A DNA stretch of 64,000 nucleotides from Myxococcota bacterium (GTDB taxonomy: Bacteria; Myxococcota_A; JAVEVO01): NCBI GenBank assembly GCA_034005005.1, contig JAVEVO010000003.1, positions 25,493 to 89,492 on the forward strand. The letters are read 5' to 3'. Shown here in pieces: positions 8,020 through 15,620 of this stretch (the stretch's first letter is position 1; each line of letters starts with the position of its first letter). The position numbers and the translations under genes are program-made. The notes beneath the pieces were generated by a model that saw nothing but the letters and a program-made list of their open reading frames with translations, ran no database searches and was not told the origin of the DNA.

Positions 8020-9378
8020 GTGCTAGGTGAGGAGGAGGAGCAGCAGGTGAATGGCCGAGGAGGAGCAGTGACTCCCAGGAAGGCGGAAGAGCGGTTGCCG
8101 GTCGCATCCCTCCTGGGCCGCCTGGTGGCTCTGGGAGCTGCGCTCGGCGTCGCGGACGGGCTGCTGCTGGGCCTGATCGGCCCCGTCGGGGAGGCCTCCA
8201 CCTGGGCCGCGGCGATCCACCTCGGCGTCCTCGCGGGGCTCGCCTCTCTGCTCCTGGCCATGGTCCTCGCGCCGCTCATGCTGGCCTTGCGACGCTTCAC
8301 CTTTTTGGTCCGGCACCTCTCGGATGCTCTCTTCTCCCTGCTCGGCCTGGCGGGGGTGGCGACGGCCGGCTACGTCCTGATCCGGCAGCCGAGCTGGTTC
8401 TCCTTCGACCTGCGCCTGCTCGTCCTCGCCGCGCTGCTGTTGCTCGGTCTGCTGCTGGTCCGCAGCTCCCTCGGCCAGCCGCGGCCGGCCCGGATCTTCG
8501 CCGGCCCGACGCTGCTCGCGGGCCTGGCGGTGGCCTTGCTCACGGGTGGGCTGTTGATGCTCCAGCAGCCCCTGGCCATCTCGACTCACGACGGCCTCGC
8601 CCGCAGCGTCAGCGGCTCCACCCTGCTGCGGCCTCTGCGGCATCTGGCCGACGAGGACCGGGATGGTGCCCCCCGCTGGCTCTGCAGCCTGGACTGCGAC
8701 TGCGACGATCACGACCCGACCCGGGCGCCGTGGGCGCTCGACCTCGCCGGGGATGGTCACGACGCCGACTGCGACGACCGGGACGGTCCGGCCACCCGCC
8801 TGCTCCCCGAGCCCGTGGACCTGCCGGAGCGGGTGCTGGTCTTCGAGCCCGACGAGCTCTCGGAGGCCCCGTCCGCGGCGCCTTCCCCGGCCCCGGCCGC
8901 GGCGCCTCCCCCGGCCCCGGCCGCGGCGCCTCCCCCGGCCCCGGTCGCAGCGCCTCCCCCGGCCCCGGTCGCGGCGCCTCCCCCGGCCCCGGCCGCGGCG
9001 CCTCCCCCGGCCGCCTCCCCGGCCCCGGCCCCCGCACCCCCGGGAGCCGGGAGCTCCCTGGGGGCCGCGGGGCCGAGCGATCAGCTCCTCGCAGCCTGCC
9101 GGCGGGGGCTCGGGCGGGAGTTCGGGGGCGCTCGCCCAGCCCGCGCGCTCGCCGGGGCGGTCGGCCGTTGGGCTCCGCAGCCCGGCGCGGCGCTGGTTCT
9201 TCCTGAAAGACATCCACTTTCGAGTGGTTGCGGACCTCTTCGGGGATGTCCGCTCCGGGATGAGCCGCGCCCGAGCGCTTTCCTGGGCTCCGGCGCTGGT
9301 TCCTCCTCCTCCCTCCCGGGCTCGCGCCCGGGCTCCGGCACGCTTCTTGCCGTTCACCGTCCCGAGGTGCTAGCATGA
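8020..9378 (+). CDS. polytopic membrane protein with MopE-like half motif (CDCDDHDP...DCDDRDG) and Pro/Ala-rich repeat tail; 3' end uncertain
   Basis: Several hydrophobic helices, then a Cys/Asp-rich motif, then an (APPPAPAAA)x5 repeat. GTG at 8020 or 8047 follows a GAGGAGGAGGAG stretch. The region after 9150 is low-complexity and may not be translated. Confidence 0.5.
   Translation: MLGEEEEQQVNGRGGAVTPRKAEERLPVASLLGRLVALGAALGVADGLLLGLIGPVGEASTWAAAIHLGVLAGLASLLLAMVLAPLMLALRRFTFLVRHLSDALFSLLGLAGVATAGYVLIRQPSWFSFDLRLLVLAALLLLGLLLVRSSLGQPRPARIFAGPTLLAGLAVALLTGGLLMLQQPLAISTHDGLARSVSGSTLLRPLRHLADEDRDGAPRWLCSLDCDCDDHDPTRAPWALDLAGDGHDADCDDRDGPATRLLPEPVDLPERVLVFEPDELSEAPSAAPSPAPAAAPPPAPAAAPPPAPVAAPPPAPVAAPPPAPAAAPPPAASPAPAPAPPGAGSSLGAAGPSDQLLAACRRGLGREFGGARPARALAGAVGRWAPQPGAALVLPERHPLSSGCGPLRGCPLRDEPRPSAFLGSGAGSSSSLPGSRPGSGTLLAVHRPEVLA
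8876..9012 (+). repeat. 27-bp tandem repeat x5 (gcgcctcccccggccccggccgcg...), encoding APPPAPAAA repeats
   Basis: Directly visible tandem units with single-base variants (gcc/gtc). Confidence 0.85.
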
Positions 9379-9406
9379 AGGGCTCGGGCCGGCGCGGCGG
9401 AGCGAG

Positions 9407-11050
9407 GTGACCGGGATGGCCAGGGGCAAAGGCATCTCCATCGGCCTCAAGCTGGCCGCGGTCAGCACGGGGGTGATCACGCTCCTGGTGGCGATGGTCG
9501 GCTACCTCAACTACTCGGAGGTCCGCCGCGCCTACGAGGACGCGGCCAGCCGGGACCAGCAGCGTCGCCTGCGCGCCCTGCGGGACAACGCCGTGGTCAC
9601 CGGGCGGCGGCTGGCGCACTCCGTCGGTCTCGCGCTCTCGGGCAACGACTACGCCGCCCTCGCCGAGCTGGTCTCCTCGGCGCAGCAAGACGATCCCCAG
9701 TGCCGCTACGGCCGGATCCTCGACCTCGACGGGCTGGTGATGGCCGACACCGATCCCGAGGTCCAGCGGAGCATCCACGAGGGCAAGCACCAGCGCCTGG
9801 AGGAGAAGCCCCCCGAGCAGGTGGCCATCCGGATCCGCTGTCCGGTGCAGGTCCCCGACTGCCCTACCGAGAAGCTGACCCCGGCCGCGGTCCTCGCGGA
9901 CGTGCGCGACGAGCTGACCTTCGAGGTCTCGGTGCCGGTGGCGCGAGGGGAGCAACGCTTCGGGACCATCGTCTTCGGTTACACCCTGAGCCAGCTCCGG
10001 CAGGAGCTCGGCGCCGCCCAGGAGCGGATGCAGCAGATGCTGGCCGCCAGTCTGCGGCGGGCCTTGCTCTTCGGCGCCCTGGCGATCCTCCTCGGCACCC
10101 TGGTGGCGGTCCTCCAGGGGATGGGCATGACCCGCACCCTGCAGAAGCTGGCCCATGCCGCGACCCGCATCGCCCACGGCGACTTCTCCAGCCGGGCCCC
10201 CATCGTGTCGCGCGACGAGATCGGCCAGCTCGCCGGCGCCTTCAACGACATGGCCGGCCGGCTGGAGGGGCTGATGGAGGAGCGGACCCGTCAGGCGACC
10301 CTCGAGAAGGAGATGGAGGTCGCCCGGGTGATCCAGGAGACGCTGATCCCGCCCCGGGACCTCGTCCGCCGCGGCTCGTTGCAGTTCGTCGGCGCGTTCG
10401 CCTCGGCGAGCATCTGCGGCGGCGACTGGTGGACCTACTCCGACCTGGCGGGGGGGCGGGTGCTCGTGGCTATCGGCGACGTCACCGGCCACGGGGTGCC
10501 CAGCGCGATGATCACCGCCGCGGCCAAGTCGGCCCTCGACACCCTGCGCCACACCACGGGCTCCGATCTCTCGGTCACCTACCTGCTCGAGGAGATGAAC
10601 AAGACGATCTACGCCGCCGCGCAGCGCAAGCTCGTCATGACCTTCTTCGCGTCGATCTACGACGAGTCGACGCGCACCTTGACCTTCTCCAACGCGGGCC
10701 ACAACTTCCCCTACCTGATCCATCCGGGGGGAGACGGCCGGCCACCACGCGTCGGTGTGCTCATGACCCGCGGCAATCGCCTGGGAGACGACTGGGAGTC
10801 CCACTTCATCGCGCGCACCGCCACACTCTCTCCCGGCGACGTCGTGGTCTGGTACACCGACGGCCTCATCGAGGGCACCAACCCCCAGGGCGAGGCGTTC
10901 GGCGACCGCCGCCTGCGCCGGGTGCTGACGGAGCTCTGCGAGCGCTCGCCCGAGGAGATCCTCGAGGCGACGCTGCGCGCCTTCCGGGAGCATCAGCAGG
11001 AGGCAGCCCTGCAGGACGACATCACCCTGGTCGTGGCCAGGGTCGGCTAG
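9407..11050 (+). CDS. membrane sensor with HAMP domain and PP2C-type (RsbU/SpoIIE-like) serine phosphatase domain
   Basis: N-terminal TM helix and periplasmic region, a second TM helix, then HAMP (IAHGDFSSRAPIVSRDEIGQLAGAFNDMAGRL). PPM motifs follow (GGDWWTY, IGDVTGHGVPSAM, NAGH, VVWYTDGLIE). Confidence 0.8.
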   Translation: MTGMARGKGISIGLKLAAVSTGVITLLVAMVGYLNYSEVRRAYEDAASRDQQRRLRALRDNAVVTGRRLAHSVGLALSGNDYAALAELVSSAQQDDPQCRYGRILDLDGLVMADTDPEVQRSIHEGKHQRLEEKPPEQVAIRIRCPVQVPDCPTEKLTPAAVLADVRDELTFEVSVPVARGEQRFGTIVFGYTLSQLRQELGAAQERMQQMLAASLRRALLFGALAILLGTLVAVLQGMGMTRTLQKLAHAATRIAHGDFSSRAPIVSRDEIGQLAGAFNDMAGRLEGLMEERTRQATLEKEMEVARVIQETLIPPRDLVRRGSLQFVGAFASASICGGDWWTYSDLAGGRVLVAIGDVTGHGVPSAMITAAAKSALDTLRHTTGSDLSVTYLLEEMNKTIYAAAQRKLVMTFFASIYDESTRTLTFSNAGHNFPYLIHPGGDGRPPRVGVLMTRGNRLGDDWESHFIARTATLSPGDVVVWYTDGLIEGTNPQGEAFGDRRLRRVLTELCERSPEEILEATLRAFREHQQEAALQDDITLVVARVG

Positions 11051-11058
11051 GCGAGACC

Positions 11059-13551
11059 ATGCGCAGGATCCTCGAGCAGCTCTGCCCCCCCGTCGCGGTC
11101 CCGCCCGGCGCCCGGCGCGGGGGAGCGATCCTGACCGCCCTGCTGACGGCGCTGCTGCTCGTCGGCCTCCCGCTCTCCCTGCCTGCACAGGGCCGCTTCG
11201 AGGAGTCGACGGAGGCCGAGAAGGCGTTTCTGGCCGGTCTCCGCTTCGAGGAAGAGGCCGTGGCGCTCCAGCGGCGCGAAGGGCTGGCGTCGGCCCGGAG
11301 CCTCTATCAGAAGGCCGAGGTGGAGTACCGCCGGGCCCTCACGCTGGATCCCCGCCTCGTCAAGGCCGCGGCGAAGGCCGGGTACGTCCTCTATATCCTG
11401 GACGAGCCCGATAAAGCCATCGGGATCCTCGAGAAGGCGCGCGCCGTCGACGCAAATGACCCTGATGTGAAGCATATTCTGGCCGTCAATTTGTTCAAAA
11501 AGCGTGACTACGCTCGCTCAATCCCGCTGCTCGAAGAAGTGGTCGCGAAAAATGCTGATCTGTACTATGGTGCCGCCTTCTTGTTAGGAAAGTACTATTA
11601 TGACTCCGCTAATCTTCAGAGAGCCGAGATCTACTTCCAAAAGTACCTATCTGTAAAGCCAGACGATCATAAAGTCCATGGTGTCGTGGGAAATATCTAC
11701 CTGAAGCAGCAGAAGTTCGATGAAGCCCTGCGCGAGTTCAAGAAAGTGATCGAACTCGACCCAGAAGACCTCAGAGCTCAAGTGAATGTCGGAAACATCG
11801 AATATCAAAAAGAGAATTTTGCTGAGGCTGCACGCCTCTTCGAAAAAATCCTCCAGAAAGATCCGACGAAGGCATCGATTCATTACAACCTGGCCAGCTC
11901 GTACTTCCAGATCCGCCGCTATCCAGAGGCCATCCGCTTCTATCGCTCCTTCTTGCGTCTCCGCCCGGGGAGCAGCAGCGGTCACTTCTACCTCGGTCAC
12001 GCGCACGCGGCCCTGGGCGAGCTGGTGCCAGCCGTGGAGCAGTACCAGCTCGCACGCCAGGTCCAGCCCGACCATCCGGGCATCGCCTACCGGCTGGGCC
12101 TGGTGCTCGCGCGGCTCGGGCGGGACGAGGAGGCCGCGCGGGAGCTGCGCCAGGCCGCCCGGCTCGCGCCCCAGGACCCCTGGCCCGTCGCCCAGCAGGC
12201 CAACCTGCTCCGCCGCACCGGTCGGCTCGACGAGGCCCTCGCGCTCCACCTGCGCCTCGTCCGCGAGCAGCCGGCGGAGCCTTTGTTCCGCGTCTTCGCG
12301 GCGGAGAGCTTGCTCGCCAAGGGGATGCTCGCCGAGGCGCGCGCCGAGGTGGCGGAGGGTCGCCGCCTGCTGCCCGATCACCCCGCGCTCGTCGAGGTGC
12401 AGGCGCGGCTGCTCGGCCAGGAAGCGCAGCACTTTCTCCGGGACGGCAAGCCGGAGCAGGCCGCCGCGCAGCTCACCGCCGCGCTCCGGCTCGCCCCCGA
12501 GGAGCCGACGCTCCTCTTCGGCCAGGCCCTGCTGCAGATCCGCCAGGGCCAGCTCGCGCAGGGCCAGCAACTCCTCGAGAAGATCGCCACGCGGATGAAG
12601 CCCGTCGACCCGGCGGTCGTCCTAGCTCATGGGGAGGCGCTCGCCTTGCTCGGGCGACCGGCCGAGGCCTCGCCCCTCCTCGATCGGGCCGCGTCCGCCC
12701 TCGGCGAAGGAGACTACCGGGTGGTCCACACCCGGGCCTTGCTGGCGGCCAGCCGCGGCGACGAGGAGGCGGCCCTCGACCTGCTGGCCACGCTCGACGG
12801 GCCGGCGGCCGAGGTGGCGGTGCGCAACCAGGCCCGGCTGCAGGTCCGCCTCGCGGGCGAGCAGCTCGCGGAGGGGCGGGGGAAGCAGGCCCGGCAGCTC
12901 CTCGCGCAGGCGGAGCGCACCGCCGATCGCCTGCCGGCGCCCCAGGCCCGGCAGCTCCGTCGCGTGCTCGTTACCGCCTTGCTCGAGGGCAAGGAGTACG
13001 GCCGGGCGCAGGAGGTGCTCAAGACCTTGCGCAAGGACCTCCCCGCCGACGAAGACCTGCTGTACCTGGAGGCCTACGCCGACTACCGGCGCTCCCAGCT
13101 CGACCGCGCCTGGGCCGAGATCAAGGACCGGCCCGGCCTGCGGCAGGCCGGGCGGCTGGCCGAGCTCGGGCGGCAGATCCTGCACCGGCAGGCCGCCGCG
13201 CAGCTCCGGCGGGGCAACGCGGGGGCGGCCGAGCGCCTGTTGCACCAGCTCCAGGGCCTCCCCGGGGGTGAGCTCGACGCGGTCCGGCACGACCTCGCCC
13301 TCGTCGACTGGCTGCGTGGCCGGGGCCCCGCGGCGACGGCCAAGCTCACCGCCCTGGCCGCCCGGGGCACCGTGCCCGAGGCCGAGCTGAACCTCGGCCT
13401 GCTCGCGGACCAGCGGGGCGAGAAGCGGCGTGCGTACGACCTGTATCGTCTCTACCTCGCCCGTGGCGGCGGCGAGCTGGCCGCGACCGTCCGGGAGCTG
13501 GTCGAGGCCAAGGAGCGGGTGTTCGGCTTCGGCCGGGAGGTGACACCATGA
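11059..13551 (+). CDS. secreted TPR repeat protein (~830 aa)
   Basis: ATG at 11059 followed by a signal-peptide-like segment (ILTALLTALLLVGLPLSLPAQG), then many TPR units. The 9700..13551 track ORF is a read-through artefact. The gene contains a ~460-bp low-GC segment (11440-11900). Confidence 0.8.
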   Translation: MRRILEQLCPPVAVPPGARRGGAILTALLTALLLVGLPLSLPAQGRFEESTEAEKAFLAGLRFEEEAVALQRREGLASARSLYQKAEVEYRRALTLDPRLVKAAAKAGYVLYILDEPDKAIGILEKARAVDANDPDVKHILAVNLFKKRDYARSIPLLEEVVAKNADLYYGAAFLLGKYYYDSANLQRAEIYFQKYLSVKPDDHKVHGVVGNIYLKQQKFDEALREFKKVIELDPEDLRAQVNVGNIEYQKENFAEAARLFEKILQKDPTKASIHYNLASSYFQIRRYPEAIRFYRSFLRLRPGSSSGHFYLGHAHAALGELVPAVEQYQLARQVQPDHPGIAYRLGLVLARLGRDEEAARELRQAARLAPQDPWPVAQQANLLRRTGRLDEALALHLRLVREQPAEPLFRVFAAESLLAKGMLAEARAEVAEGRRLLPDHPALVEVQARLLGQEAQHFLRDGKPEQAAAQLTAALRLAPEEPTLLFGQALLQIRQGQLAQGQQLLEKIATRMKPVDPAVVLAHGEALALLGRPAEASPLLDRAASALGEGDYRVVHTRALLAASRGDEEAALDLLATLDGPAAEVAVRNQARLQVRLAGEQLAEGRGKQARQLLAQAERTADRLPAPQARQLRRVLVTALLEGKEYGRAQEVLKTLRKDLPADEDLLYLEAYADYRRSQLDRAWAEIKDRPGLRQAGRLAELGRQILHRQAAAQLRRGNAGAAERLLHQLQGLPGGELDAVRHDLALVDWLRGRGPAATAKLTALAARGTVPEAELNLGLLADQRGEKRRAYDLYRLYLARGGGELAATVRELVEAKERVFGFGREVTP

Positions 13552-14648
13552 GGCCCCGCCGCACCAGCGTCGGGTGCGTGCTCCTCGCTCTCGGGCTGCT
13601 CGCGCTGCCGGCTCCCCTCGCGGCGCAGGCCGGGGCCGGGCCACAACCCGCGCCCCTCACCCTCGCCTTCTTCACCCCCCAGCTCGCCTTCCCCGGCGCG
13701 CTGGAGCGCAGCGGCTGGCAGAGCGCGGTGGCGGCCCACCTCTCGGCCGCGACCGGGCTCACCATCGAGGCCAAGGGCTTCGCCCGGGCCGGGGACTTCC
13801 GGACCTTCCTGCACCGGTCCCCCGGGGCGCTAGCGATCGCCGACGCCCAGCTCGCCCTCGCCGCCGGCTGGACGCCCCTGCTGCAGGCCGTCTCCGGTGA
13901 CGGGGTCGCGGTCCTGCCCATGGCCGTGGCCTCCCTGCAGCCAGGCACGCTCCCGGCCTTGCAGGGGCGCACGCTGATCCTCGCCGACAGTGGCGGTGGC
14001 GAGAAGGCCCTGGTGGGGGGGCTGGTGCTCGCGGGTGAGGTCCCGCCGGCGAAGTTCTTCGCCAAGCTGGCGGTCGCCCCCGACGCGCCCAGCGCGGCCG
14101 CCGCGGTCTCCCTGGGCAAGGCCGACGCCGCCCTGATCTACTCCTTCATCGCCCGGGAGCGGGGGCTGGCCCTGGTGCTGGAGACCGAGGGCGCCCCCCT
14201 GCCCCTGCTGGTCGCGGCGGGCAAGGAGCCGAGCCTCGAGGTGCGCAGCCGCGTCGCCGCCGCGCTCGCCGCGGCCCCCGCGGGCGGCGGCATCGGCGGC
14301 TGGCGGGCCGTGGATGGCGTCCTGCTGGCCCGCTTCCGCGGCCGCCTCGCACCCTCCACCACGCGCCCCCTGGTCCCCGCGTCCGTGCCCTGGCTGCCCT
14401 TGCGCGAGGTCGCGGGAGCGGCGACGGCCGCGGGGGAGCTGCCCCTCGAGCCCTTGCCCGCCCGGCAGCTCTTCGAGCTGCCGCCGCTCTCCGGGGTGGC
14501 CGATTTCCTGCCGCGCGGTCAACTCCAGGAGGGGAGCGACGAGCGTGCGACCGACACGGCGAACCCTGGACGCCCCGACCTCCCCGCCCCCGAGGGTGAG
14601 CCGGGGGAGCCGGCCCCGGGCGCCCTCCCGGAGGGAGCCGGCCCATGA
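13548..14648 (+). CDS. secreted hypothetical protein, weak resemblance to type-2 periplasmic binding protein fold
   Basis: ATGA overlap with the TPR gene stop. Signal peptide LLALGLLALPAPLAAQA. Ala/Leu-rich, with an acidic Pro-rich tail. Confidence 0.55.
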   Translation: MRPRRTSVGCVLLALGLLALPAPLAAQAGAGPQPAPLTLAFFTPQLAFPGALERSGWQSAVAAHLSAATGLTIEAKGFARAGDFRTFLHRSPGALAIADAQLALAAGWTPLLQAVSGDGVAVLPMAVASLQPGTLPALQGRTLILADSGGGEKALVGGLVLAGEVPPAKFFAKLAVAPDAPSAAAAVSLGKADAALIYSFIARERGLALVLETEGAPLPLLVAAGKEPSLEVRSRVAAALAAAPAGGGIGGWRAVDGVLLARFRGRLAPSTTRPLVPASVPWLPLREVAGAATAAGELPLEPLPARQLFELPPLSGVADFLPRGQLQEGSDERATDTANPGRPDLPAPEGEPGEPAPGALPEGAGP

Positions 14649-15616
14649 ACGGCCGGATCCTCGCGCTGGTCACCGACCCCCGCATCCGCCGGGGAGTGCT
14701 GCGCACCCTGGCCGCCACCCGCTCCACGGTAGTCGAGGCTCCCGATCTCGCCACCGCGGCGGCCTACCTGGGCCAGGCCTCCTACGACCTGTTGATCCTC
14801 GATCACGACGCCTGCCCGGGCGAGCACGTCGCGGCGTTCCTCGCGGAGGCCTACGCGCGGCTCTCGCCCCTGACGCCCGTGTTCCTGCTCGCCGACCGGC
14901 TGGCCGACGAGGAGCTGGCCCGGCTCTTCTCCAGCGGCATGCTGACCCACCTGCTGGCCAAGTCGGAGCCGTTCGATCCGCACGAGCTCCTCGTCTCGTG
15001 TGAGCGGGTGCTGCGGGGTGACATCTTCGGGCTCGAGAAGTACCTCGCCTGGGGGATCGAGCCGGAGACGTTGCTGGTGCGTGGCTCGGCCGACCGGGAG
15101 CACATCCTCGAGCGGCTGAATCGCTACCTCGACGAGCTCGCCATCCCCTCCCGGCTGGCAGGCTTCGCGCAGGGCGTGGCCGACGAGCTGCTGATGAACG
15201 CGGTCTACAACGCGCCGGTCGATGCGCAGGGGCGACGGCTCTTCGCCGGCCGCAGCCGGACCGAGAAGCTCGTGCTGCCGCCTGGTCAGGAGGCGCTCTT
15301 CCGCTACGCGTGCGATGGTCGCTGGCTCGCGCTCTCGGTGCGGGACTCGTTCGGCTCCCTCGAGCGCGACGTGCTCTTCGCCAACCTCGGCCGCTGCCTG
15401 CTGCACGGCCAGGACCAGATCTCCGACAAGCCGGGCGGGGCGGGGATGGGGCTGTTCGTGGTCCTGTCCTCCGTCAACAGCTTCGTGGTCAGCCTCGCTC
15501 CCGGTCGGGCCACCGAGATGATCGGCCTGCTCGACGTCACCGGCTCGTACAAGACCTTCGCGGCTCGGCCCAAGTCCTTCCACCTCTTCTTCGGCGAGAT
15601 GCGCCCGGGAGGTTGA
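14645..15616 (+). CDS. receiver (REC)-like domain protein with C-terminal GHKL/HATPase-like region (RsbW/anti-sigma-kinase-like)
   Basis: ATGA overlap with the previous gene. The N-terminus has a CheY-like pattern (ILALVTD...DLLILDHD). The C-terminus has ELLMNAVYNAP and GAGMGLFVV, resembling N and G boxes of HATPase_c. Confidence 0.55.
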   Translation: MNGRILALVTDPRIRRGVLRTLAATRSTVVEAPDLATAAAYLGQASYDLLILDHDACPGEHVAAFLAEAYARLSPLTPVFLLADRLADEELARLFSSGMLTHLLAKSEPFDPHELLVSCERVLRGDIFGLEKYLAWGIEPETLLVRGSADREHILERLNRYLDELAIPSRLAGFAQGVADELLMNAVYNAPVDAQGRRLFAGRSRTEKLVLPPGQEALFRYACDGRWLALSVRDSFGSLERDVLFANLGRCLLHGQDQISDKPGGAGMGLFVVLSSVNSFVVSLAPGRATEMIGLLDVTGSYKTFAARPKSFHLFFGEMRPGG

Positions 15617-15620
15617 AGCC

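Noticed and set aside
8023-11188. Antisense ORFs 8023..9357(-) and 8609..11188(-)
   Set aside because: They are mirror images of the Pro/Ala repeat and of the PP2C gene, Arg-rich, with no motifs.
9700-13551. 1283-aa track ORF spanning the phosphatase and TPR genes
   Set aside because: It is an out-of-frame read-through of the PP2C gene region that happens to lack stops. The real TPR gene starts at ATG 11059 with a signal peptide. The upstream part is Arg/Pro-rich nonsense.
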